A stretch of 64,000 bases of DNA from Mobula hypostoma (taxonomy: Eukaryota), in assembly GCF_963921235.1 (NCBI RefSeq), contig NC_086097.1, positions 148,430,001 to 148,494,000 on the forward strand, given 5' to 3'. The number at the start of each line of letters is the position of its first letter. Position 1 is the stretch's first letter. A program made the translations under genes and the position numbers. Shown here one piece after another: positions 12,951 through 26,353 of this stretch. A model generated the notes under the pieces. It had not been told where the DNA came from, ran no database searches, and worked only from the letters and a program-made list of their open reading frames with translations.

Positions 12951-14085
12951 CTATCCTCTCTGGTTCAAGAGCCTGATGGTTAAAAGGTGAAAACTTTTTT
13001 TGAACCTGATGGTTCAAGTCCTGAGGCTGCTATACCTTCTTTCCAATGACAGCAGCGAGAAGAGAGCACAGTGGGGGTTTTTGATGGTGGATGCTGTTTT
13101 CCTGCAACAGCTCTCCATGCTGAAGTACTCAGTGGTGGGGAGGGCTTTACCCATGATGGACTGGACCGTATCCACTAATTTTTGTAGGATTTTCAGTACA
13201 AGGGCATTGATGTTTGCATACGAGGCTGTGACGCAACCACTACACATCTATAGAAGTTAGTCAAAATTTTAGATGACGTGCTGAATCATCATAAACTTCT
13301 AATAAAGTAGAGGTGTTATCGTGCTTTCTTTGTAATGGCACTTACGTGTGGACCCAGGACAGTTCCTCTGAAATTATAACATTAAGGAATTTAAAGTTGC
13401 AGACCCTCTCCATCTCTGACCCCTCACCCCCACCCCCTCAGTGAGGACTGGCTCATGGACGTCTGGTTTTCTTCTCCTGAAGTCAATAATCTGCTCCTGG
13501 GTCTTGCTGATATTGCGTGCAGACAACACCATTATCACTGGTCGAATCAAAGGTGGTGACAAATCAGCATATAGGAGAAAGACTGAAAAACTGTCTTGAG
13601 TGGTGCCACAACAACTCTTACTCAATGTCAGCAGGGCCACCATATTTGATTCGGCCAATGACAGTAGTGATGACTGCAAACTTAAATATGCCATTAGAAC
13701 TGTGCCTAGCCCACAGCCACGAGTACAGCAGGGGGCAAAGCACAGAGCTTTGTGATGTACCTCTCCTGAGGGAGATTGTGGAGGAGATGTTGCTGCCAAT
13801 CTGAACGGACTGGGGTCTGCAAGTAAGGAAATCGAGGATACAGTTACACAAGGAGGTGTTGAGGCCCAGGTCTTGAAGTTTATTGATCAGTTTTGAGGGG
13901 ATTGTATTATTGAATTACAAGTTGTAGTCACGAAGAGCATTCTGATGTACGCATCTTCATTGTTTAAATGTTCCAGGGTTGAGTGAAGAGTCAATGAGAT
14001 GGCATCTGCTCTTGATCTGTTGTGACGGTAGGGAAATTGAAGCGGATTCAAGTCCGTCCTCAGGCAGGAATTGATATGTTATAGT
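12951..14085 (-). mobile_element. Rex1/Babar LINE fragment with internal inversion (~13520-13633)
   Basis: [25 protein letters not shown]...CPLLYS; QSIMGKALP...ASTIKNPH. Confidence 0.85.
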
Positions 14086-15367
14086 GTTGTAGATGTCACC
14101 TTAACATGACGAGCGGTTGTATGATGTGTTTTGTTGCCTATGTATTATTGTATGCGATTCACCCTCCAGGCATGTTATCTCATTCTCCAATGCTTCACCG
14201 TCTTTCTCAGCATCTTTCAGCATCAATGTCTGAGAAGATCATGATTAATGCGTACCTTCTTTGGTACAATTCACAATAATGTTTCATTTGTTTGAAGCCA
14301 AATTTTTATGATCTTTTCATAGGTACGTAGTGGCATTTTGCAGCACTATGTCCTCAGACAAAACATACTCCACTTGATACATTTAACACATCCTCCTCAT
14401 TACCTAGTACACTAGGTTATAAAGCTGCTTTTGAAGACAGGCTGAGAGCTAGAGAGATTTTCAGTGCATTGATCAAGAACTGTTGGAAAATGAGGCTGAC
14501 GAATCAGTGGGAATAGTGACCATAATTTCACTAATTTTAATATAGTATGGAAAGAGATTGGATAGGTCCACAGGCTAAAGTCCTAAATTTTGGTGAGGCT
14601 AATTTTGATAGCGTTAAACAGGAACTTGCAGAAGTTGATTGAGAGAGATTGTTAACAGGTAACGGCTTTTTAAAATGAAATGGGGACAGTTCAGGTCCAG
14701 CATGTTCCCATTAGAGTGAAGGGCAAGGCTAGCAGGATTGGGAACCCTGGCAGCGAGAGATATTGCGGTTCTGATCAGGAAAATGGAGGCATATATTATC
14801 TATGTGCTTGGGATCAAATGAATCTCCTGAGGCCTAAAGGATGTCAGAGAAAATCCTATCGAATGGAGCAGACTCGATGGGCCAAATAATCCAATTCTGC
14901 TCCTATATCTTATGGAAATCAGGGAAGCAAAAAGGGGACTCTATCTTTGGCAGATAAGGGAAAGAAGAATTCTAAAAATGCTATATTAAGAGCAAAAAGG
15001 TTGCAAGGGAGAAAATGGGTTCTCTTAAGGATCAGTGTAGTTATCTATGTGTGAAGCCACATAAGATGCCTAAGGTTTTAAATACTGTACCTTCTACATC
15101 TGTATTGAGAAGGAAATAAAAACTAGGGAATTCAGTGATGAGAACAGAAAGGCATATAGATATTATATAAGAGGAGGTATTGGCAGCCTTGAAACCCATA
15201 TGGGTGGATAAATCCTTGGAGTCTGATCAGATGTGTTCAGACGTGGGAAGCAAGAAAAAAAACATTGCGGATGAGACAGAGATTTGTGTATTCTCCTTAG
15301 CAATGGGTGAGGTACTGAAAGATCACAGAGTAGCTTTTGTTGTGATTTTACTTATGTGCTTCAAGAA

Positions 15368-15724
15368 CACAGTAACGTAACGGTTAGCGTGATGCTATTA
15401 GAGCTCGTGACGTTGGAGTTCGATTCAGACGTCAACTGGAAGGAGTCCGTAATTTCTGCCCGTGGGACGTGTGGGTTTTCTCTGGGTCCACCGGTTCCCT
15501 CCCACTGTCCAAAGGCATACTGGTTAGTAAGTTACCTGGTCGTTGTAAATTGCCCCATGGGGTAAATTTAGTACCCCTCACCAGCAGGTCCAGGAACCAG
15601 TGGGGATATCTTCACTCAATTTAGGGTTAGGGTTAGGGTTAAGGTTAAATCGGAGGTTGCTGGACGGTGAGGCTCAAAGAGCCAAAAGGGTCTATTCCAT
15701 GCTGTACCTCTAAATAAATAAATA
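15368..15724 (+). mobile_element. tRNA-derived V-SINE-like element carrying an internal insertion
   Basis: A-box-like agtaacgtaacggttagc, B-box gagttcgattc, core ccggttccctccccactgtccaaag, (aata)n tail. Confidence 0.7.
15621..15646 (+). repeat. Short interstitial telomere-like repeat (TTAGGG)3 + ttaagg
   Basis: ttagggttagggttagggttaaggtt read directly. Confidence 0.85.
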
Positions 15725-15936
15725 AGGGCAAACCAGGAAACTATATCATTGGTGGTAAACTTACTGGAGAGGGTTCTGACAGACAGCATTTGGTAATAAT
15801 CTGAAAATTTATTGTGCATCGTTCATGATCATAATCATTCCAAACTTGTCTATATGGACTTCAGTAAGTTTTTCAGCAAGGTCACAAATGGTAAGCTGAT
15901 CCAGGTGGTGAAATCGCAAGCGTGGGCTAGCATCGG

Positions 15937-18540
15937 AAACAAAATAGACAATAGACAATAGGTGCTGGAGTAGGCCATTCAGCCCTTCAAGCCAGCACTG
16001 CCATTACTGTGATCATGGCTGATTATCCACAATCAGTACCCTTTTCCTGCCTTCTCCCCATATCCCTTGACTCCACTATCTTTAAGAGCTCTATCTAACT
16101 CTTTCTTGAAAGAATCCAGAGAATTGGCCTCCACTGCCTTCTGAGGCACAGCATTCCACAGAACCACAACCCTCTGTGTGAAGAAGTTTTTCCTCAACTC
16201 CATTCTAAATGGTCTACCTCTTATTCTTAAACTGTGGCCTCTGGTTCTGGACTTCCCCAACATCGGGAACATGTTTCCTGCCTCTAGCGTGTCCAATCCC
16301 TTAATAATCTTATATGTTTCAATCAGATCCCCTCTCATCCTTCTAAATTCCAGTGTATACAAGCCCAGTCGCTCCAATATTTCAACATGTGACAGTCCCG
16401 CCATCCCGGGAATTAACTTCGTGAACCTACACTGCACTCCCTCAATAGCTAGAATGTCCTTTCTCAAATTTACAGACCAAAACTGTACACAATACTCCAG
16501 GTGTTGTCTCACCAGGGCTCTGTACAACTGCAGAAGGACCTCTTTGCTCCTATACTCAACTCCGCTTGTTATGAAGGTCGACATGCCATTAGCTTTCTTC
16601 ACTGCCTGCTGTACCTGCATGCTTACTTTCAGTGACTGATGAACAAGGACACCTAGATCTCATCCTACTTCCCCTTTTCCTAACTTGACACCATTCAGAT
16701 AGTAATCTGCCTTCCTGTTCTTGCCACCAAAGTGGATAACCCCACATTTATCCACAGTAAACTGCATCTGCCATGCATCTGCCCACTCACCCAACCTGTC
16801 CAGTTCACCCTGCATTCTCATAACATCCTCCTCACATTTCACAGTACCACCCAGCTTTGTGTCATCTGCAAATTTGCTAATGTTACTTTTAATCCCTTCA
16901 TCTAAATCATTAATGTATATTGTAAATAGCTGCAGTCCCAGCACCAAGCCTTGCGGTACCCCACTAGTCACTGCCTGCCATTCTGAAAAGGAGCCATTAA
17001 TCCCTACTCTTCGTTTCCTGTCTGTCTGCAAACCAATTTTCTATCATGTCAGTATCCTACCCCCAAAACCATTTGCTCTAATTTTGCCCACTAACCTCCT
17101 ATGTGGGATCTTATCAAAGGCTTTCTGAAAGTCCAGGTACACTACATCCACTGGCTTTCCCACGTCCATTTTCATTGTTACATTCTCAAAAAATTCCAGA
17201 AGATTAGTCAAGCATGATTTCTCCTTCATAAATCCATGCTGACTTGGACCTATCCTGCTACTGCTAATCAAATATCCCGCTATTTCATCTTTTATAATTG
17301 ATTCTGGCATCTTCCCCATCACTGATGTCAGACTAACTGGTCTATAATTGCCTGTTTTCTCTCTCTCTCCTTTCTTAAAAAGTGGGATAACATTAGCTAC
17401 CTTCCAATCTGCAGGAACTGATCCTGAATCTATAGAACATTGGAAAATGATTACCAATGCGTCCACGATTTCTAGAGCCACCTCCTTAAGTACCCTGGAA
17501 TGCAGACCATCAGGCCCTGGGGATTTATCAGCCTTCAGTCCCATCAGTTTACCCAACATCATTTTCTGCCTGATGCGAATTTCCTTCAGTTCCTCTGTTA
17601 CCCTAAGTCCTCTGGCCACTATTACATGAGGGAGATTGTTTGTGTCTTCTGTAGTGAAGACAGATCTAAAGTACCTGTTCAGCTCGTCTGCCATTTCCTT
17701 GTTCCCCATAATAATTTCTCCCGTTTCTGTCTTCAATGGCCCAACTTTAGTCTTAACTAATTTTTTCCTCTTCACATACCTAAAGAAGCTTTTACTATCC
17801 TCTTTTATATTCTTGACTAGCTTACCTCCGTATCTCATCCTTTCCCCCGTATTACCTTTTTAGTTATCTTCTGTTGCTCCTTAAAAGTCTCCCAATCCTC
17901 TGGCTTCCCGCTCATCCTTGCTATGTTATACTTCCTCTCTTTTATTTTTATACTGTCCTTAACTTTCTTTGTCATCCACGGTTGCCCCTTACTCCCCTTA
18001 GAATCTTTCTTTCTCTTTAGAATAAATTGATCCTGCACCCTCTGTATTATTCCCAGAAATACCTGCCATTGTTGTTCCACTGTCATCCCTGGTAGGGTAT
18101 CTTTCCAGTCAACTTTGGCCAGCTCCTCCCTCATGGCTCCATAGTCCCCTTTGTTCAACTGTAATACAGTACTGACACTTCCGATCATCCCTTCTCCCTC
18201 TCAAATTGTAGACTAAAACTTATCATATTATGGTCACTACCTCCTAATGGCTCCTTTACCTTGAGTTCCCTTATCAAATCTGGCTCATTACACAACACTA
18301 AGTCCAGACTTGCCTTCTCCCTGGTAGGCTCTAATACAAGCTGCTCTAAGAATCCATCTCTGAGGCATTCCACAAAATCTCTTTCTTGGGGTCCAGTACC
18401 AACCTGATTTTCCCAGTCTACCTTCATGTTGAAATCCCCCATAACCTTTGTGACATGCTAATTTTAACTCTAGATTTAACTTGCACCCTATATCCAGGCT
18501 ACTGTTTGGGGGCCTGTAGATAACTCCCATCAGGGTCTTT
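15937..18540 (-). mobile_element. Relatively young 5'-truncated CR1 LINE (end of endonuclease, RT, 3' tail), frameshifted
   Basis: ORF pieces GDFN...SDHNMI, KSPGPDG...NYRPVSLTS...YLDFQKAFD, GVPQG...FADDTK, LEYCVQFW; (atagaca)n tail at 15940-15960. Confidence 0.95.
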
Positions 18541-20103
18541 GATGAAAATTGGCTTGGTGGAAAGAATGAATGCATGTGGCATGATTAATAAGTTTGCTGA
18601 TGACACCAAGGTTGGTGGCGTGCATGTGTGTTAATGAAAAGTGACTTTAAGGACTGCGACGAGGAGAACTTTCACTCAGAATGTAATGAATCTGCGGAAT
18701 TCTCTACCAAGGAAGGTAATGGAAGTCAGGTTGCTAAGTATGTAAGAAAAAGAGATAGACAAATTTCTATACACAAAAGACATCAATTAGCGTGTGAAGA
18801 GTGGTAAAGCAGCAATGAGATAAAACATCAGCCATGATGATATTAAACAGCAGAATAAGCTCAAAGGGCTAACTGGCCTACATCCACTCCTATCTTACTA
18901 CGTTCCTGTGTTTGCATCCAGTTGAAATGACAGGAATGAGCTCAGTTTAACAGGATGCAGTCACTCCTTAGTGCATTGGACTGTTAGCCTAGAGTTTTGC
19001 ATCCAGTTACTCGAATGAGACCTAATCACAGAGCACTCTGACTCAAGATAAAAATCCTTCCTATCGAGTCACTGCTGACAGTGATGTACTGTGGCAAGCC
19101 AGGCAGAGGGAAAATAACATAAAATAGTACACAGCAACATTTTTCAAGGCCATTCCTCACCTCAATTTTGCAGTACCATTAAAAGCTGAGTATTTGCTTC
19201 TACAACAGGAAGCAGTTAAAAGTGTCTGGAGGTTCCTGTACCTTCATGAGTCATGGAGTGGCAGACTGAGTCCAGCTACTTCTGAATATGCATGCTGCAC
19301 TTTAAGTAAAAAGCTACTTCCAGATAAAACACTTGAAACATTGTCTTGCTTAACTGTGTAAAACACTGTGGCTTCAATTATTAATTGGTCACTCATGTAC
19401 CTGATCAATACTGCATTAAGTGAATAATCACAGTCTTTTTGGATGTTACTTTAACATGTTTGCAATGTCTTGAGTGATGAATCTTTGATGGTAACTGAAG
19501 GAAAAAGTTTAATTTTCATCTGGTTTTATATAATTGACCTGATCGACTTTACAGAGGAAAATGTCAAAAACCATTTTGAAGAATCCAAAATAACAAACTC
19601 TTATTATGTGCTAACTATCCTTGACAATCAAGTAACATTTAACATAACCAAATGCAAATTGTGGCAAACAATATGACTATGTTTTTATAACACAAGCATG
19701 TACTCAGTGGCCACTTTATTAGTAACAGGAGGTACCTAAATAAGTGGCCACTGAGTGTATTTCTGTATGTTCAAAGTTCAAAGTAAATTTATTATCAAAG
19801 TACATATATGTCACTGTGTGCAACCCTGAGATTTATTTCCTTGTGAACATACAGAGTCAATCCAAGAATCATAACAGTATCAATTAAAGACCAGACCAAC
19901 AGGGCATACGACCAGTGTGCAATAGACAATAAACTGTGTAAGTACAAAAAAGAAAAAAGAAATAATAATAATAAATAAATAAGCAATAAAATACCGAGAA
20001 CATGAGATAAAGAGTCGTTGAAAGTGGGTCCATACTGATAGAGCAAGTGAAGTTGAGTGAAGATATCCCCACTGGTTCATGAACCTATGGTTGAGGGGTA
20101 AAT

Positions 20104-20408
20104 AACTGTTCCTGAACCTGGTGGTGAGGGGTACTAATTGTTCCTGACCCTGGTGGTGAGGGGTACTAACCATTCCTGAACCTGGTGGTTAGGGGTACTA
20201 ACCGTTCCTGAACCTGGTGGTGAGGGGTACTAACCGTTCCTCATCCTGGTGGTGAGGGGCACTAACTGTTCCTCACCCTGGTGGTGAGGGGTACTAACCG
20301 TTCCTGAACCCGGTGGTGAGGGGTACTAACTGTTCCTGACCCTGCTGGTGAGGGGTACTAACCGTTCCTGAACCCGGTGGTGAGGGGTACTAACTGTTCC
20401 TGAACCTG
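20104..20408. repeat. 32-bp minisatellite, ~9.5 units (aaccgttcctgaacctggtggtgaggggtact), derived from Rex1 coding sequence
   Basis: Direct tandem units with no spacers; the unit corresponds to the TTRFRNSY segment of Rex1. Confidence 0.95.
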
Positions 20409-20564
20409 TCCTAAGACTCTCTATCTTCTTCCTGAAGGCAGCAATGAGAAGAGAGCATGGACTGGGTGGTGTGGGTCCCTGGCGGTGGATGTTGCTTTCC
20501 TGGGACAAGGCTCCGTGCAGATGTGCTCAATGGTGTGGAGGGCTTTACCAGTGATGGTCTAGAC

Positions 20565-20756
20565 CAGAGGTGGCCAACCTTTTACATTCCATGTGTCAAT
20601 TTTTCATGCACGAGTTCAGATGCGCCATACAACTCTTGTACCCCCATTCAATTCTTGTAAAAATATGTTAATATAGAACACGTGCATGAAAAAATCGCAT
20701 CCAAACTCATGCGTGAACAAATTGACGCATGAAATGTAAAAGGTCAGCCACCCCTG
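20565..20756. mobile_element. hAT (Charlie-like) MITE
   Basis: TIRs cagaggtggccaacc / ggtcagccacccctg; long internal inverted arms; 8-bp TSD gtctagac/gtctcgac (NTCTAGAN type). Confidence 0.9.
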
Positions 20757-21889
20757 GTCTCGACCGTATATACTATTTTTATAGGATTTTCCATTCAAGG
20801 GCATTGGTACTTCCAAAACAGGCCATGATACAACCAGTATATCCCCACCACACATCTACAGAAATATGTCAAAGTTTTAGATGTCATGCCAGATCTTTGC
20901 AAGTTCCTAAGGAAGTAGAGGTGCTGCCGTGCTTTCTTCATAATGGCACTTGCGTGCTGGGCCCAGGACAGGTCCCTTGAAGTGATAATATTGAAGAATT
21001 TAAAGTGGCTGATCCTCTCTACTTCTGGTCCCCTGATGAGGACTGAATGTTGTACTTCACAGTCATAAGTATAAAGCGATTAGAGCAGGGGACTAAGCAT
21101 ACAACCTTGTGGTACACATGTGTTTTTGGAGATTGTGGAGGAGGTGTTGTGCCAATCTGAACTGACTGGGGTTCACAATGAGGAAATCAAGGAGGTAATG
21201 ACCCCTGGGACTTCAAGCTTACTTATTAATTTTGAGAGGATGATAATATTGAATGTCAAGCTGTAGTCAATAAAGAGCATCTTCATCTATGCATCTTCAC
21301 TGTGCAGATGTTCCAGGATTGAGTGAAGAGCCAATGACTTGTGACAGTTGGAAACTTGGCACAGAACCAAGTCACTTATCAGGCAAGAGTTGATGTTTCA
21401 TCACCTGCCTCTTAAAACACTTCATCACAGTGGATGAAAGTGTTAATGGATGATAGTCATTAAGGCACCTTACGATGTTCTTCTTAGACATTGGTATAGT
21501 GAAGTCTCCTTGAAGCAGCTGAAGGTAAAGGTTAAAGAGATTGGTGAACACTCCATCTAGTTGATTAGCACAGGTATTAGTATTCAGCCAGGTACCCAGT
21601 CTTGGCCGGATGATTTCCATGGGTTCATCCTCCTGGAGGATGCTCTCATGTTGGCCTCAGAGACTGAAATCACAGGGTCATCTGGGACTGTGGGAGTTCT
21701 GAAAGTTCATCCATGTTTTTATGGTCAAAGCCAGCATGGAAGTTTATCTGGGAGCAAAGCGTTGGTAGTTCATGTCGAACCAATCTTATAGAGTTGTACC
21801 TATGACACTTGGTTTCACTTTGTAAGAGGTGATAGCATTCAAGCCTTTCCACATCTGTCAAGAATTCGTCAAGTTTGGTCTGGAATTTG

Positions 21890-22868
21890 TTCTACTACAC
21901 TCCTCAGTCCCCTTACACAGTCCCCTGTGTAAGATCTACCCTCGTTGGCCCTACCAAAGTGTAACCCTCACAATTGTCTGTCTTAAATTCCATCTGTAAT
22001 TTTTTAGTCCATTTTTCCAGCTGATGTAGATCTCTCTGCAAGCCATGGTAGCCTTCCTCGCTGTCCACTACATCCCCAATCTTGGTGTTTTCTGCAAATT
22101 TGCTGATCCAGTTAACCACATTATTATCCAGATCATTGATATAGATGACAAACAACGGGAGACCCAACACCAATCCCTGCAGCACACCACAAGTCATAGG
22201 CCTCCAGTCAGAGAGGCAGCCATCTTATACCACTCTCTGGCTTCTCCCACAAAGCCAATGTCTAATCCAATTTACTACCTCATCTTGAATTCTGAGCAAC
22301 TGAACCTTCTTGACCAACCTCCCATATGGGGCCTTGTCAAATGACTTGCTAAAGTCCATGTAGACAACATTACTGCCTTGCCTTCATCCACTTTCCTGGT
22401 AACTTCCTTGAAAAACTTTATAAGATTGGTTAGACATGACCTACCATACACAAAGTCATGCTGACTTTTCTTAATCAGTCCATGTCTATCCAAATAATTA
22501 AATATCCAATCCCTTGGAATATCTTCCAATAACTTTCCCACAACTGATATCAGACTCACCTGTTTATGTTAAGAGTCTTTCTTAAATAGTGGAACAACCC
22601 TCTGGTACATCTCCTGTGACTAAGGATGCTTTAAATATCTCTATTAGGGCTCTGGCAATTTCTGCACCTGCCTCCCATAGGGTCCAAGGGAACAAACTGA
22701 CAGTCACTGGGGATTTATCCACCCTGTATAGCAAACACCTCCTCCCTCTGTAATCTGTACAGAGTCCATGAAGTCCAAATTGCTTTGCCTTACTTCTATC
22801 GACTCTGTGTCTGCTTACTGAGTAAATACAGAAGCAAAAAAATCACTTAAGGGTTTCCTCCATCTGTT
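21890..22868 (-). mobile_element. CR1 LINE RT fragment nested in Rex1
   Basis: SVVGKLLE...[28 protein letters not shown]...KFAENTK. Confidence 0.85.
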
Positions 22869-24119
22869 TTGTTCTCATTCTTCATCCAGGGCTTCTGGTT
22901 GGAGAAAACTTTGAATGATTTTGTGGGGACACGCTCGTCTACAACTGTTTTTATAATGTCTGTGAGAAGTATGGTGTATTTACTCAGATCCTGGATCCAT
23001 GCATCCTGGAACGTAGCCCATTCCACTGACTCGAATCAATCCTGTAGTCACTTATTTGCCTCCCATGACCCACTCTTTGTTCCCTTATCCCTGGAGCCTT
23101 GTTCTTTAGCACCTGCCTGTATGGAGGTAGAAGGACACATAGTGATCAGATTTCCTCATATCCATGAAATAGTGGGCATTCCTAATCATAATATAGCAGT
23201 GTTCAAGTGTGTGGGGACCCCTTCTGCTGCAGGTTATATGATAATGATAATTGGGCAGAGACTTCTTCAAGCAAGCCTGATTGAAGTCCCCGAATATGAT
23301 TTGAAATGTGTCGGTGTGGGCTGTTTCCTCTTTGGTGATGCCAGCGTTCAATGTCTCAAATGCTTTTGGCTTTTGGTGGTATGTAAACTGCTGTCAGGAT
23401 CATGGAGGAGAACTCTCTTGGTCAGTAGAATAGTCAGCACTTAATTGCTATATGTCTCAAGTCAGGAGAAGAAGAGTACAACAAAGCCATGACGTCCAAG
23501 CACCACAGGGAGTTACCATGAAATACAGACTCCCACCTTTTGCCCTCTTTGAATCATCAGTCTGGTGATCCCATGTATCAAGAAGCCTTTGGGTCTTACC
23601 GACACATCTGGCAAGTTCAGAGTGAGCCATGCCTCTGTGGAACACAGAACATAGCAATTCTTCATTTCCTTCTAATAAGCTCTTAGATCCTCAGTCTTGT
23701 TCTCCAGTGACTGTACATTTGCTAACAAGATGCTAGATAGAGGGAGTTTCATTCCTCAGAGCCTCAGTCTGGCTTGGAGTCCTCCCCTCCTTCAACTCTT
23801 TCAGCCATTGTGATGTACCTTCTACTGCTTAAGGGTGCCATATCTGCATGCTGGAATTTAAGTCTACCGAGTCCTTCAGAAGACTGTGAAATCACTAGTT
23901 TATTAAAACAGTTTAAAAGTATATTGCTTAAAGTGAAAATGCAGGCTGCAGATTGCAGTGAGAGTAATCCAGAACAGTTATATTTAGCAGTTTTATAAGC
24001 AGTCCACAACACATTGCTGTAGTTCACAGGTGCCATATTGATTCTTGTATGTTTCTGGTCTTCTGCTGCTGTAGCCCATTCATTTCAAGGTTCAACTTGT
24101 GCATTCAGAGATGCTTTTC

Positions 24120-24456
24120 ATAGAACATAGAACATATAGAATAGTACAGCACAGTACAGGCCCTTCAGCCCACAATGTTGTGCCAACCCTTAAACCCTAC
24201 CTCCCATATAACCCCCCAACTTAAATTCCTCCATATACCTGTCTAGTAGTCTCTTAAATTTCACTAGCATATCTGCCTCCACCACTGACTCAGGCAGTGC
24301 ATTCCATGCACCAACCACTCTCTGAGTAAGAAACCTTCCTCTAATATCCCCCTTGAACTTCCCATCCCTTACCTTAAAGCCATGTCCTCTTGTATTGAGC
24401 AGTGGTGCCCTGGGGAAGAGGTGCTGGCTGTCCACTCTATCTATTCCTCTTAATAT
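24120..24456 (-). mobile_element. CR1 3' fragment nested in the Tc1-derived element
   Basis: RGIDRVDSQHLFPR...FLTQRVVGAWNALP; (atagaac)n tail. Confidence 0.9.
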
Positions 24457-24635
24457 TTTCTGAACACCATTGTTGTAATGTGCAATTATTTGAGTTACTG
24501 TCATCTTCCTGTCAGCTTAAGCTTGTCTGGCCATTGTCCTCTAACTTCTCTCATTAACAAATTGTTTTCACCTACAGAATTGCCACTCACTGATGTTTTT
24601 TCGCTTTTTGCACGATTCTCTGAAAAATTTGCGAC

Positions 24636-24885
24636 TCTTCTTCTTCTTAAGCCCATCACCCCTACTCGGGATAGGCCCCCGACTGCAGTATCCTCTGTAC
24701 TGGGCAAAGGTTTATCAGCGCTGTGGCTTCCATGTTCACCACACAACTTCATACGACGAAGATCCTTCCTCTCTGAGGGTTGAGATCTTTGGAGACTCTG
24801 TTGGCATTTCTGTAGCTCTGGGTTTTTATGGTATGGGTTGACTAGTTGTATGCCAAAACCTCTTCCTTTCAAAGAAGAACTTTGG
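24636..24885 (-). mobile_element. RTE-type LINE 3' fragment
   Basis: (ttc)n tail and ttaagcccatcaccccta...ataggcc; same family as 53240-53505 in the opposite orientation. Confidence 0.55.
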
Positions 24886-26353
24886 TTCTCTATGGCAAAG
24901 TAACTCTAAAGGGGTGGACCCATGGAAAGCGTTCAGCCCAGATGGGGTACCTGGTCAAGTACTGAAGGCCTGTGCTGATCAACTGGCTGGAGAGTTCACT
25001 GAGATCTTTAATCTCTCACATCAGCAATCTGAAGTAGCCACCTGCTTTAAGGAGACTTTTGTTATATTATTTCCTAATGTGGTAATCTGCCTCAATAACT
25101 ATTGTCTAGTAGCACTTACATCCATAGTGATGAAGTATTTTGAGAGGTTGGTGATACCTAAAAAGTGACTTTGATCCACTTAAATTTGCCTATTGGCACA
25201 GCAGGTCCACAACAGATGCCATTTCATTGCTCTTCACTCAACCCTGGATCATCTGAACACCAAAGACACATAGATCAGATATTCTTTATTGACTACAGCT
25301 CACATTCAATGCTATCATCACCACAAACCTAATCAATAAGCTTTAAGACCTTGACCTCAATACCTCCTTGTGCAATTGGACCTTCAATTTCCTCACTGGT
25401 AGAGCCCAGTCAGGTTAGATTGGCAACAATATCTCTTCCACAATCTCCATCAGAACAGGTGCACCACAAGGCTGCATGCTTAGCCCTCTACTCTACTCGC
25501 TTTACACTTATGACTATGTGGCTAAGCACAGCTTCAATGCTATATTTCAGTTTGCTGATGACACCACTGTCGTGGACCAAATTAAAGGTGGTGATGAATG
25601 AGTACATTGGAGGGAGATTGAAAATCTGGCTGAATGGTGCCACAACAATCTCTCATTCAATGTCAGAAAGACCAAGGAGCTGATTATTGACTTCAGGAGG
25701 AAGAGACCAGAAGTGTATGAACCAGCCCTCTTTGGGGGATCAGAGGTGGACATAAATTACTCAGTAGCATCGTTTCAGAGGATCTGTCCTGGACACAGCA
25801 CATAAGTGTAATTATGAAGAAAGCACAGCAGCATCTCTGCATCCTTAGAGAGTTTGCCAAGATTTGGCATGACATCTGCGGTAAAACTTCGACAAACTTA
25901 TAAAGATCTGTGATGTAGAGTATATTGACTGGCTGCATCACAGGCTGGTATGGAAACACCAATGTCTTTGAATGAAAAATCCAACTAAAAGTAGTAGATA
26001 TAGCCCAGACAATCACAGGTGAACTCTTTCCACTGTTGAGTGCATCTACACAGAGCATTGCCACAGGAAAGTAGCATCCATTACTAGGGAACCCTATCAC
26101 CCAAGTCATCCTTCATTCTCAGAACTGCCTTCAGGAAGAAGCTACAGGATCCTCAAGACTCACACTACCAGGTTCAGGAACAGTTATTATCCCTCAACCA
26201 TCAGGCTCCTAAATCAGAGGGAATAACTTTACTCAACTTCACTTGCCTTATGATGGAACTGTTCCCACAACCTCTGGATCACTTTCAAGGCTCTTCATCT
26301 CAAGTTCTCAATACTTATTTATTTATTCATCCATTTATTATTATTATTATTAT

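Larger units (their letters stand above)
14440..15925 (+). mobile_element. Old degraded CR1 LINE; continues at 18541-18910 beyond a younger CR1
   Basis: SDHNF, DKSLESD, VYMDFSKFFSKV motifs; resumes NWLGG...KFADDTKVGG at ~18545. Confidence 0.7.
19772..24045 (-). mobile_element. Near full-length degraded Rex1/Babar LINE (APE endonuclease + RT)
   Basis: 5' end aatatggcacc at ~24035, ANVQSL, GDFNQA...SDH, CLNDYHP..LSSTVMKCF; (ttcaaag)n tail; tgtatgtt duplicated at both ends. Confidence 0.75.

Noticed and set aside
15621..15646. Relic of chromosome-end fusion
   Set aside because: Only three perfect units on one strand, inside a SINE, with no head-to-head CCCTAA array
19701..19759. miRNA-like hairpin
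   Set aside because: It is the inverted TIR pair of a Tc1-derived element; the same TIR recurs at ~27956-27980
20104..20408. CRISPR-like array of ~32-bp repeats
   Set aside because: Units are contiguous with no unique spacers, derive from Rex1 sequence, and no cas genes are present
22869..23444. 191-aa + strand ORF as a host gene
   Set aside because: Antisense to the Rex1 endonuclease region; most other short ORFs in the track are likewise shadows of TE sequence or chance ORFs
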